Shown: positions 50,722 to 59,359, numbered from the stretch's first letter. The stretch: 64,000 nt of DNA from Bacillales bacterium UBA3207 (GCA_002363735.1 DEWP01000017.1:63393-127392); one strand, 5' to 3'. Notes: generated by a model from the letters alone, not told the origin. Numbers and translations are program-made.

Positions 50722-51639
50722 CTAAGCCTCCTTTATCGTAAAATCGAATGATTCATTAGTATTTGGAATACCTTTTTCATAAAGAGTATTCGCGTAGTAA
50801 TAAATATCGATTACGTTGTTTGTTTTTGCCGGAACAGGAATTCCTTCCTTTGTTGCGGTACATGTTTCATCAATATAGAGGTGCTTCAGAGTTAAATCTT
50901 TACCTAACGTATAAGTTAACTTCACCTCACTAAATGGTGGGAGATTACTTAATCCAGATAAATTGAGCATTTGCGTTTTATAATAAAACGTCGATAAATT
51001 TGGATTAAGATTCATCTTGATCACGACATCGTCTCCACGTGTCGAGCGAGTACTATCTAATGTGGTTTTGTCGGAAATAACATAGATGAAGAACTCGTCA
51101 AGTGTTTTACCAAGATAATCTTTATATTCTTGTTTGTCCTCATAGACTTTCGTCGGACTTGATGGGAATGTTGCCGATTCAGCTCCGTTTGCAGTTCCTT
51201 CATAAACTTCAATCGGACCGTCCTTACCGTGTTGATAAGAACGTTTAGCAACAGCAACCATCGAAGAATAAGAGATTTGGTCTTCGTAGTACTCATCACC
51301 AATTTTTACTTGAGCGTTTCGAATGGTTTGAGTCACGATGGTATTGGCGTTTCCTTTTGAGATTGCGTAACAATTTTCATTTTGTTTGAATAACTCTAAG
51401 GAAACATTTACGACTTCAGCATCGGTGAAGTTTTTGACTCCATTGATACTTTTATCGGATAGGCCTTCATATTTTTTCATGATGGCCTCGGTGTCTGGGG
51501 AGAATTCCTTTGGATCGAATCCTGGAGGATACATTTCATCAATTGGTCCTATTGTTTTTTTAAGCACAATGCCGGTTCCGACACCAGCAGCGCCACAAAT
51601 ACCAATTGTGAGGATATAAGTTAGCAGCAACTTGTTCAT
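50722..51639 (-). CDS. 305-aa signal-anchored extracellular protein, partner of the 1201-aa protein
   Basis: N-terminal TM helix (LTYILTIGICGAAGVGTGIVL) then a soluble domain. It is the first gene of the two-gene operon. Confidence 0.65.
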   Translation of the reverse strand: MNKLLLTYILTIGICGAAGVGTGIVLKKTIGPIDEMYPPGFDPKEFSPDTEAIMKKYEGLSDKSINGVKNFTDAEVVNVSLELFKQNENCYAISKGNANTIVTQTIRNAQVKIGDEYYEDQISYSSMVAVAKRSYQHGKDGPIEVYEGTANGAESATFPSSPTKVYEDKQEYKDYLGKTLDEFFIYVISDKTTLDSTRSTRGDDVVIKMNLNPNLSTFYYKTQMLNLSGLSNLPPFSEVKLTYTLGKDLTLKHLYIDETCTATKEGIPVPAKTNNVIDIYYYANTLYEKGIPNTNESFDFTIKEA

Positions 51640-51732
51640 TTCGTGTTTACTTAATCCTTTTTCTTCCTAAACTTCCGAGCATAATAATAAATTATGTTTT
51701 TGTAAAAGTAATCCTATTGTGCGTGCACCTTT

Positions 51733-51833
51733 AAAATAGAACAAAGTTCTCATCAAAATAGACTGTTTTTATTCATTCTCTCGAAAATAGAATTTATAAT
51801 TCTTGTTGAAATTTCTATTCAAGCATTCTATTA
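51733..51833. repeat. Iterated AAAATAGA direct repeats plus inverted TCTATT copies in the divergent promoter between the XRE gene and the 2-gene surface operon
   Basis: AAAATAGA starts at 51733, 51755 and 51784. TTCTATT is at 51813 and 51826. There is also a local inverted repeat ATTCT-N10-AGAAT. Confidence 0.5.
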
Positions 51834-51840
51834 TTAGGTC

Positions 51841-52425
51841 ATGAAAAACATTCGAGAAATTATTGGAGAGAACCTCTCTGAACTAAGAAAAGAAGCTAAA
51901 TTAACACAGCTCGAACTTGCTGAAAAATTTAACTATTCTGATAAATCAATCTCTAAGTGGGAGAAGGGTGAAACACTTCCTGATATTGTGACTTTAAATG
52001 AACTTTGTGAGTTCTATGGAGTCTCTTTAGATTACCTTACACACGAAGCCACACCTGAAACAAAAAAGAAATATAAAAAACAAACGTCTCAAGACCACTA
52101 CAACAAAATTATTCTAACTTCTTTAGGCGTTTCGGTTGTTTGGATGCTCGCAACAATTATTTATGTCTGGTCACTCATTAAATTTAATAACGGAATTTGG
52201 ATGGCGTTTGTTTGGGGTGCTCCGGCAACATTCCTTTTATTAACAGTTGCAAATCACCGTTATTTCCATGAAAAAGTCCTGTATTTTATCTTTAGTAGTT
52301 GCTTCCTTTGGACAACATTGGCTGCAAGTTTTTTACAGTCTTTTAGCGACAAAGTTTGGACAATCTTCCTGCTTGGTATTCCAATTCAAGCGGCCTTATT
52401 CCTATACGGAAAGATGAAGCATTAA
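51841..52425 (+). CDS. Membrane-tethered XRE-family (HTH_3) transcriptional regulator
   Basis: N-terminal HTH (LTQLELAEKFNYSDKSISKWEKGETLPDIVTLNELCEFYG) followed by four TM helices. Confidence 0.75.
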   Translation: MKNIREIIGENLSELRKEAKLTQLELAEKFNYSDKSISKWEKGETLPDIVTLNELCEFYGVSLDYLTHEATPETKKKYKKQTSQDHYNKIILTSLGVSVVWMLATIIYVWSLIKFNNGIWMAFVWGAPATFLLLTVANHRYFHEKVLYFIFSSCFLWTTLAASFLQSFSDKVWTIFLLGIPIQAALFLYGKMKH

Positions 52426-52448
52426 AAAAGAGAGCTTTGCTCTCTTTT
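52426..52448. terminator. Bidirectional terminator (aaaagagagc-tttg-ctctctttt)
   Basis: Perfect 9-bp hairpin flanked by an A-run and a T-run, between convergent genes. Confidence 0.7.
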
Positions 52449-53163
52449 ATTTTCCGTATTTTTTGATATTCTCAACGTGTTCTTTTCGACTCATTTTGAC
52501 AGATGCATTTTTTAGTAATAAATATATTCTTTGCATCTCATCTAGCGAAATAACTTTTTCTTCAAATTGTGTTATAAATGAGCGGAAATCAGATAAGTTT
52601 ATTACGCCTGGAATATTTAATGATCGAGCATTATTTTGCGCCATAACAATTACTGAGGTAATATGAGGCTTTTTGCCAATAATGTCATGAATCGCGCGGA
52701 TGTGTGTATCATTTTGGAAACATGGATTTCGTCTTGCGTTTCCATTGACCATCCAATATTTATCTTGTCTTGATCCAGTGACGTTTCCGGCCCAGTTTTT
52801 CACTTCAATACAGAAGATTCCAGTTTGTCTAATCTCAATAAAATCAATTTCATGAGACATGCCGTTTGTATCCACTAAATAGATGTTTTTTAATTCAAAA
52901 TGCGGAACCTTAGCAAATGGTCCTGGATTGAGGTAGGAATGAATTTTTTCTTCTGCTTCAATGCCTCTTAGATTAGCTTCAACATCACGAGAAATTTCTT
53001 TGATTTTTGCACGGTTTGCGTCAGAAATATGCGGTTTTTGCTGGGCTTTATACTCAGCTTCCATTTCATCGTATTCACGTTCAAAACGTTCTCGCATACG
53101 TTGATTACCTTCAACAATGCTGACAGTTAATGCGACTTGATTCCAATCAATAAAATTTGCCAT
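52447..53163 (-). CDS. NERD (nuclease-related) domain protein
   Basis: Core EIDFIEI...IFCIEVKNW has the PD-(D/E)xK-like NERD signature. A charged coiled-coil N-terminus precedes it. Confidence 0.55.
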   Translation of the reverse strand: MANFIDWNQVALTVSIVEGNQRMRERFEREYDEMEAEYKAQQKPHISDANRAKIKEISRDVEANLRGIEAEEKIHSYLNPGPFAKVPHFELKNIYLVDTNGMSHEIDFIEIRQTGIFCIEVKNWAGNVTGSRQDKYWMVNGNARRNPCFQNDTHIRAIHDIIGKKPHITSVIVMAQNNARSLNIPGVINLSDFRSFITQFEEKVISLDEMQRIYLLLKNASVKMSRKEHVENIKKYGK

Positions 53164-53173
53164 AACTCACTCC

Positions 53174-54358
53174 TTAATTGATTGTTGCATAAAGCTGAAC
53201 AAGAGATTCAACAACCGAATAAACACAAAGTATTATTCCAGCTACTGGGATAACTTTATCAACAAGAGTATCTTTATGTGTCTTTGAATAAGAAAACAAA
53301 ATGATCAGAGGGAAAATAAAAACCACTGGTAAACATTTACCAATACCACTTTTTAATACTTCATCAGATGCTTCTTCAACAGTGATGATCATTTTATCAG
53401 CAAGTGAGTTTGAACAAATTGTTAAAACAACAATATCTAAAGCGATGGCAAACAATAAAACAACACAGGTTGTAATGGAGAATTGCAGGGAATTTGCATT
53501 GGTTTTTAAATAAGCATCAAATTCGTCTTCAGTGTGTCCTTGTTTTAGATATAGATGTTTTCTAATCGCAAAAATGATTGTCAAGATAAAGAAAGATAAC
53601 AGTAATAAAGGTGGTTTTGTTGTTAAAAGAGGAAACACATACCAAGGAATATTAAATTCTGGAGTTGTTAATGTATGAAGTTTGACATAAACACAAGCAA
53701 CTTCATAAGCGATTGGTAAAATCACTAATAAACGGAATAAAATAATCTTCTTTCCGGTAAAAAATTTCTTTGGTTCATAAGTTAATAAGAAGAATGATAA
53801 AGAACACAAAAATAAATCAATAAAGATGTTTAAATAAACAAATTTTGATGGGTTCCAGTTTAAGACGAGTGTCACAAGTTCTTGCGATACTTCAAATACT
53901 TCGCCGTTATATCGACTTAAAACAGTAAAAACATAACGGAAAACAAATAGATAAGCTAAAGCCATCATTCCTAATGCAATTAAGCCATGTGTAACAAGAG
54001 TTTTCTTGGCCTCTTTATGGTTACGAAGGATTAATCCAAAGTTCGCGATTAAAAATGTTGGAAGGGCAAGAGAACCGATTGTTGAGAAAATATCAGCGGT
54101 CGTTTGAATCGCTTCACCAGCATGTCTAAAACGCACAAATGAACTAAAGACAACAGACATTGCCATAAACATCATAAAAACCCAGGCAATGATTCTTAAA
54201 TGACGGTATGATAAAGGACCACGAAATTTAATATCGTTATCTTGGTTATGGAGGTGCCATTTAAATAAATGGAACTTATTACCTTTATTTTTTTGTTCTT
54301 TTTCCATTGGATAAATTGTAATGCATAAGCATTGTTTATTCAATAAAACGCTTTTCAC
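53174..54358 (-). CDS. Polytopic membrane protein, unknown function
   Basis: 394 aa with ~10 TM helices. Confidence 0.5.
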   Translation of the reverse strand: MKSVLLNKQCLCITIYPMEKEQKNKGNKFHLFKWHLHNQDNDIKFRGPLSYRHLRIIAWVFMMFMAMSVVFSSFVRFRHAGEAIQTTADIFSTIGSLALPTFLIANFGLILRNHKEAKKTLVTHGLIALGMMALAYLFVFRYVFTVLSRYNGEVFEVSQELVTLVLNWNPSKFVYLNIFIDLFLCSLSFFLLTYEPKKFFTGKKIILFRLLVILPIAYEVACVYVKLHTLTTPEFNIPWYVFPLLTTKPPLLLLSFFILTIIFAIRKHLYLKQGHTEDEFDAYLKTNANSLQFSITTCVVLLFAIALDIVVLTICSNSLADKMIITVEEASDEVLKSGIGKCLPVVFIFPLIILFSYSKTHKDTLVDKVIPVAGIILCVYSVVESLVQLYATIN

Positions 54359-54393
54359 TTTATTTAAAAATAATGTGAACTATAATAGTAAAT

Positions 54394-55227
54394 ATGAAAA
54401 GAATTTACCCTGTTTTATTAGCTGTTCTATTAGTGACAAGTTGCACTAATGTTAAAAAGAAAACAAATCGTTCTTCATCATTAGATGAAGTCACAAGTAA
54501 TAATCAACCTTCAGATCAAAGCGTTACAAGTCAAGTAATCACAACTACTTCTCTAGTAACTAGCCAAGGAAAGAGTGAAACTGCTCCAACAAGTGCAGGT
54601 GTATCAAAAACTTCACAAACTCCTTCCAAGACGACAAATACCAGTGCAAAAACATCAACATCTGTTCCATCTGGTAATTTGCCAGGTGGCTTTACGTTCT
54701 TTGATCCTCCAACCAACATTCCAATTGAGATTAAAACATCTTTATTAGCTGATGATTGGTGGAATAATGATTTAACAACTGATTTCCCAACAACTGATTG
54801 GGCGCATATTTATGGACACAATTTAACAAATCCAGACTTTTATTTAAATGAAGAAGGTGGATTAGTTATGGATCAAAAATATAAAGGCTTTCGAACACCA
54901 CTATTTCATCATTCTGGTCCTAAACTAGAAATTAGAATTGGTATCTCCCAAGTTAATAACGCTGGAGGTAAACCAGATACAAGTGTTCCAACAGGTTATT
55001 TCTTCTTCTATGATAAAAACGGAAATTACTTTTCAAACTTAACCCATGTTGTTGAGCAAGAAACAATTACATCAAAAACAACCGAACTTAAATTTTACGT
55101 TACAGGTGATAACACCGAAAACGTTGCATATTTCGAATTTAGATTAGCCGCTTTAACATTTAAAGGACAACAAAATTATAACTTTGGAATTGGGCATGTT
55201 AATGTTCATTCCTGGGAACGTGCATAA
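54394..55227 (+). CDS. Lipoprotein with S/T-rich linker
   Basis: Lipobox LLVTSC followed by a Ser/Thr-rich low-complexity linker and a globular domain. Motif copy A sits immediately after its stop codon. Confidence 0.6.
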   Translation: MKRIYPVLLAVLLVTSCTNVKKKTNRSSSLDEVTSNNQPSDQSVTSQVITTTSLVTSQGKSETAPTSAGVSKTSQTPSKTTNTSAKTSTSVPSGNLPGGFTFFDPPTNIPIEIKTSLLADDWWNNDLTTDFPTTDWAHIYGHNLTNPDFYLNEEGGLVMDQKYKGFRTPLFHHSGPKLEIRIGISQVNNAGGKPDTSVPTGYFFFYDKNGNYFSNLTHVVEQETITSKTTELKFYVTGDNTENVAYFEFRLAALTFKGQQNYNFGIGHVNVHSWERA

Positions 55228-55230
55228 AAA

Positions 55231-55251
55231 ATAACCAGCAATTTGCGGTTA
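55231..55251 (+). repeat. Copy A of the quasi-palindromic 21-mer (ATAACCAGCAATTTGCGGTTA)
   Basis: Near-perfect palindrome ATAACC(A)GCAA-T-TTGCGGTTAT, 3 nt after the lipoprotein stop codon. Confidence 0.55.
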
Positions 55252-55285
55252 TCTTTCAATTTTGATATTGATTTTTATTATTTGA

Positions 55286-56479
55286 TTAGATGGTTAAATC
55301 GCCATCTTTTATCCATCCTAATTTTCTAAATAAAAGATCGAGACCAAATACAAGAACAATTGGGGCAGCAATCTCTAAAACAAAGATTCCAACCCATGTC
55401 TGCCAACTATTTACACCCATTGAAACGATTGTACCAATTTGACCAACAAGTCCAGCGGTTCCCATGCCAGCTGCGCTACCTAAGCAGTAAATATTTAATG
55501 CACATGTTGCAATTGGTCCAAGAATTGCAGAGGCGATAATCGTCGGGAGCCAAATGATCGGTTTTTTAACAATGTTTTTAAATTGAAGCATCGATGTTCC
55601 AATACCAATCGAAAACAACATTGAAAGTTTGTTATCTTTTCTTGATTGAATCGCAAATCCAACCATTTGTGTCGAGCAACCAACTATAGCAGCTCCGCTA
55701 GCAATCACTAATCCAGCATAATTTGGATCAGCTAAGGCCATTGAGACGCTCATTCCAGATGGAAGAATAAAGATCATTGCTGCAATAGCAGCACTACTTA
55801 TTGGAGCAGTTAATGCCATACCCATGAGGACCGCCACAATAATTCCCATTAAGAATGGAGTTGCTTGAGTTCCACTATTGATTAGCCATTGCATGCCATA
55901 GGTCACATAAATTAATGGGTAACGTAAACCTAAAGCAACTAATAATCCAACAATCACTCCCACTAATGGAACTAAAATAATATCAGCGCTTGTCTTCTTA
56001 TTTAGAAGATATTTAAAAAGAAGAACAACTGCTAAGCAGACAAAATAAATCGTTAATGGATCACCAATTTTTAACATGTCTGCCGTCGGATGATTTGCTA
56101 CTGTAACAAACTTGGTTGTTAAAGAAAAATATGCTCCAGCTTGACCAACAGCGCCTAAAACAACTGTTTGGAGTGGAGTTAGTTTCATCGCAATTGCCAT
56201 ACCAACGCCAATTCCGGCACCAGTTAATATTTCTAAAACGTATGAAAGCCCGTTTTGTCCATTTCCTAAAATAGAAAAAATGAATTGACCAAAACCGCTT
56301 GTTGAATCTTTAAAGAATCCTCCAATTGTGGCGATAATTGTTCCAACAATTAAGGTTGTAAATAAACCATAGGCCATACCATTTAAAGATGTGATAAAAA
56401 GATCTTTAATTTGTTGACCGATATTTTGCTTTTCTTTTTTCATGTGTATAATTTTTTGCTTTTTTATATTGAAAAGCAA
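55286..56479 (-). CDS. Polytopic permease, family unassigned
   Basis: 397 aa with ~10-12 TM helices and Gly-rich helices. It is the last gene of the sigma/anti-sigma operon. Confidence 0.45.
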   Translation of the reverse strand: MLFNIKKQKIIHMKKEKQNIGQQIKDLFITSLNGMAYGLFTTLIVGTIIATIGGFFKDSTSGFGQFIFSILGNGQNGLSYVLEILTGAGIGVGMAIAMKLTPLQTVVLGAVGQAGAYFSLTTKFVTVANHPTADMLKIGDPLTIYFVCLAVVLLFKYLLNKKTSADIILVPLVGVIVGLLVALGLRYPLIYVTYGMQWLINSGTQATPFLMGIIVAVLMGMALTAPISSAAIAAMIFILPSGMSVSMALADPNYAGLVIASGAAIVGCSTQMVGFAIQSRKDNKLSMLFSIGIGTSMLQFKNIVKKPIIWLPTIIASAILGPIATCALNIYCLGSAAGMGTAGLVGQIGTIVSMGVNSWQTWVGIFVLEIAAPIVLVFGLDLLFRKLGWIKDGDLTI

Positions 56480-56579
56480 GAAAAAAGGACCACAAGGTTG
56501 AACAGGAAATTTTTAAGTGGTCCTTTATGAAACAGGTTGTTTCAACTTATATACAATGAAGTAATCGAGTTTTGTTGGA

Positions 56580-57563
56580 TTAAATCACAATGTTATCAAG
56601 TCCTTCGTAGGAATAAACGTGAGAGTGACCTCTTCCACTAGTAAATGAAAGAGTAATGTTTTGATAACGAATTTCTTCATCAAGTGTTTGCTTTAAATAA
56701 TCAAGTGAAATGGAAGCAGCACCACTAACTTGTGTGAATGTGTGTTCGCTTTTCACATCAGTTAAATCATTTTCTTGACGAATCGAAGCAACAAAATTTG
56801 TTTTTGATTTTGTTAGTTCGATGGAATAAGTTTTTGATAATTCTTCTTCAAAGCATGATTTAAGTGAAATCTTCACGTTATCACCGAGTTTTTCGCTTCC
56901 AAGTTGATAGAAGGAAGTTCCAATACGATATTTAAATGAAGTTTGAACTTTATTTCGAACAACTTTTGATTCAATTTCGCATGGATAATATTGGTCACTT
57001 AATCGAATTAATCCTTCGTAAGTACCTCTTTCTTTTAAATTAGAAATATTATCTTTTAGATAAACCGAAGATCCATTAACGTTAAGTTGATATTTATAGA
57101 TGACATTATCAAACTCAAAGCGATCTGATTTAAATGAATAATTAAAACCTTCTTGATGAGTTTGATAATAACTAAATGGCGAATAAGAATGATCAATATC
57201 GCGAGCCACTTCTTCAAATTCACTTTGCGAAGGAACATTAGCGTATAGACGATTATGAGATGTAACATCAACATCCGAATAATGTTGTAAAGTTAATGAA
57301 GAAACAACGGATGTTAAAACGTTTGAATTATCGTAAAATCCGTTTGTTTTGCCTTCAATATTGATTGGTTTTGGGCTTAGTGCAAAGACTAAAGTAACCG
57401 CAGCTAAAGATGCGGCAAGTGTCGAAAGAGTTGGAATAAAGATAAAACGTTTTTGAATTCGATGCGAATGTTTCTTTTGGTAAGCTTCTAAAATTTGTTC
57501 ACTGTTTTTGTTTATCTTGTGAACTTGTCCAGCTTGATAAATCTTCTTTTCAATATCATTCAT
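56580..57563 (-). CDS. Putative anti-sigma factor (single-pass membrane protein)
   Basis: It overlaps the sigma gene by 8 nt. It has a short cytoplasmic N-terminus, one TM helix (TLSTLAASLAAVTLVFAL) and a ~260-aa extracytoplasmic domain. Confidence 0.45.
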   Translation of the reverse strand: MNDIEKKIYQAGQVHKINKNSEQILEAYQKKHSHRIQKRFIFIPTLSTLAASLAAVTLVFALSPKPINIEGKTNGFYDNSNVLTSVVSSLTLQHYSDVDVTSHNRLYANVPSQSEFEEVARDIDHSYSPFSYYQTHQEGFNYSFKSDRFEFDNVIYKYQLNVNGSSVYLKDNISNLKERGTYEGLIRLSDQYYPCEIESKVVRNKVQTSFKYRIGTSFYQLGSEKLGDNVKISLKSCFEEELSKTYSIELTKSKTNFVASIRQENDLTDVKSEHTFTQVSGAASISLDYLKQTLDEEIRYQNITLSFTSGRGHSHVYSYEGLDNIVI

Positions 57564-58098
57564 CTTTCTTTCCTCCTTTCGTTAATTTCTTTAAGGCGTT
57601 ATTGTAAGTCCATGTGACAGTTCCTAAAGGAATTTTTAACAATTTTGAGATTTCATCATGTTTTAGTTCATTAACAACATGAAGAATCATGATTGTAAAC
57701 TCTTTGTCATTGAGTTTTCTTTTCATTAGTTTGAAGACTTCGGTGTCACTTAAATCCATTAAATCTGGATCATTTTCTCCACTGATTTCTTCAACGTATT
57801 CGACGCTACTACGTTGCTCTTTCTTTATATAATTAAGGGCAGTGTTTTTACTCATCTCGATGAGATAAGACATAATGTTCCCATCAAGTTTAATTCTCTT
57901 TGGCTTCTCAAGAAGTTTCATGTAAACATCTTGTGTGATGTCTTCACTACTGGCTTCATCACGAAGTAGAGAATAAGCCATGAAGTAGACTTTTTTATGA
58001 GTTAATTCATAAAACTCATCAAAGTAGTCGAGTTCGTGGTTTTGCAGTTTAGCAAGTAAAAACTGTAGGCGTTCCATGTTCAACCATATTATATACAA
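57556..58098 (-). CDS. ECF-type sigma-70 family RNA polymerase sigma factor
   Basis: Region 2 (DITQDVYMKL) and region 4 HTH (DEISKLLKIPLGTVTWTYNNALKKL). A TGTATATAAT -10-like box is upstream. The start is probably at MERLQ (58077). Confidence 0.7.
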   Translation of the reverse strand: MYIIWLNMERLQFLLAKLQNHELDYFDEFYELTHKKVYFMAYSLLRDEASSEDITQDVYMKLLEKPKRIKLDGNIMSYLIEMSKNTALNYIKKEQRSSVEYVEEISGENDPDLMDLSDTEVFKLMKRKLNDKEFTIMILHVVNELKHDEISKLLKIPLGTVTWTYNNALKKLTKGGKKDE

Positions 58099-58145
58099 AA
58101 TATAATTTTTGTTTTATTTGAGTTTTTTTCTTAAGCAACAAAAAA

Positions 58146-58176
58146 GGCCCACATTTGTGAGCCTAATGGGGGTTAG
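58146..58176 (-). terminator. Terminator downstream of the 155-aa membrane protein gene
   Basis: ggcccac-attt-gtgagcc hairpin followed by a U-run on the minus strand. Confidence 0.5.
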
Positions 58177-58186
58177 TTTAACTAAA

Positions 58187-58654
58187 TTATTTTGCTTTTC
58201 TAAATAAGAATGCTGCAACTGCACCAAGAACAACCCAGAGTGGGAAGATAATGGAGCCTGCACCAAGCTTGACTGCATCTTTTAATGCTTCTGGGACTTC
58301 AATGCAGAAACCACAGATCGTTTCGACAACAGCAAGTAAGGCTGTGAAGCAAAGTAAGCAAACAACAACCATATTAAGGTCGAATTTGACTTTAAGAAGC
58401 TTTGCTGCTTGTAAACAAGCACCACATGCAGCTAAAACTGTCACACCACCAAAAATCACTGTTAAGAGTAAGAACACATAACGAGCGTTGGCAGCACTAG
58501 AACCATTTTCGACTGTACCAGCTTTAAGAATGTCAAAACCAGTTGTAACTGTTGTAACTGGTCCGAGAGTAACTGAGCTGAATGCAAGGGCGAGCCAAGC
58601 AAACATTAAGCCGAAGGTTAAGACAGCAATGCAGCTAACCAAATACTTTTTCAT
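58187..58654 (-). CDS. Small multi-pass membrane protein
   Basis: 155 aa with 4 TM helices. Confidence 0.5.
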   Translation of the reverse strand: MKKYLVSCIAVLTFGLMFAWLALAFSSVTLGPVTTVTTGFDILKAGTVENGSSAANARYVFLLLTVIFGGVTVLAACGACLQAAKLLKVKFDLNMVVVCLLCFTALLAVVETICGFCIEVPEALKDAVKLGAGSIIFPLWVVLGAVAAFLFRKAK

Positions 58655-58811
58655 TTAGTAACTTCCTTTCGCTAGGTATTATATCAAAAAAATAATTCAT
58701 CAAACAAAAATATTAAAGACATCAAAAATCATCATAATTACTATAAGTAAAATTAACCTAATTTTGCTGGAGATTCTTGAAAAAACCTCGATATTTTTGT
58801 TTAATAAATTT

Positions 58812-59249
58812 ATGCGTCATATTATCTTTGTATGTCATGGAAATATCTGTCGATCTGTAGCGGCAGAATTCATTGCAAAACAACTGTTAAAAGAGAAAAA
58901 TAACCAGCAAATTACGGTTATTTCTCGCGCAACTTCACGCGAAGAAATTGGAAATGATATTTATCCACCAATGAAGAAGGCTTTGCTTCGTCGCGGAATC
59001 GAATTCTCAACTCATCAAGCTAAACAAATCACTCAAGATGATTATGAATGGGCCGATGAAATCTATTACATGGATCAGAATAATTTAAAGTATCTTTCAT
59101 ATCTTTTAGATAACCACAAGAAAATTATTTATCCTATTAGCAAGTTTACTCTGGATATCAATGGAATTGATGATCCCTGGTACACTGGAGAATACGACAT
59201 TGTGATTAACGAATTAATCGAATGCGTTAATTCGATTTTAGAAAATTAA
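58812..59249 (+). CDS. Low-molecular-weight protein tyrosine phosphatase
   Basis: P-loop CX5R(S) (VCHGNICRS) and a DPWY D-loop motif. Start chosen at MRHIIFVCHGN rather than the track's upstream Met. It contains motif copy B. Confidence 0.8.
   Translation: MRHIIFVCHGNICRSVAAEFIAKQLLKEKNNQQITVISRATSREEIGNDIYPPMKKALLRRGIEFSTHQAKQITQDDYEWADEIYYMDQNNLKYLSYLLDNHKKIIYPISKFTLDINGIDDPWYTGEYDIVINELIECVNSILEN
58900..58920 (+). repeat. Copy B of the quasi-palindromic 21-mer (ATAACCAGCAAATTACGGTTA)
   Basis: Inside the LMW-PTP CDS, where it encodes the conserved NQQITVISR segment. Confidence 0.55.
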
Positions 59250-59282
59250 AAAAAATTCTACATGTAGAATGTCTTTATATTT

Positions 59283-59359
59283 GGGCGCCCTTGAAACGAC
59301 TCAAACGTTCGACCCACTGCTTAGAAGGCAGTTGTTCAATCCGCTTGAGCTACGAGGGC
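59283..59359 (-). tRNA. tRNA-Arg(UCU)-like gene, divergent (possibly degenerate)
   Basis: The minus-strand transcript starts GCCCUCGUAGCUCAAGCGGAUUGAAC... and has a 5+7+5 anticodon arm with loop CUUCUAA (U33, anticodon UCU, A37). The acceptor stem is 7 bp with one C·A mismatch. The T-loop is UUUGAGU (C56 to U), one D-stem pair is mismatched, and there is no encoded CCA. Confidence 0.45.

Noticed and set aside
59254-59280. Palindrome ttctacatgtagaa downstream of the phosphatase gene, considered as a terminator
   Set aside because: It is a 14-nt perfect palindrome with essentially no loop and no following T-run. It is more likely a protein-binding palindrome or coincidental than an intrinsic terminator, so it is not called.
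59283-59359. Plus-strand reading of the tRNA-like element (anticodon AGA)
   Set aside because: The plus strand gives no workable D or T arms. The T-loop-like GTTCAATCC lies in the wrong position relative to the acceptor pairing, and anticodon AGA is not a normal bacterial tRNA. The minus strand gives a coherent Arg(UCU)-like cloverleaf.
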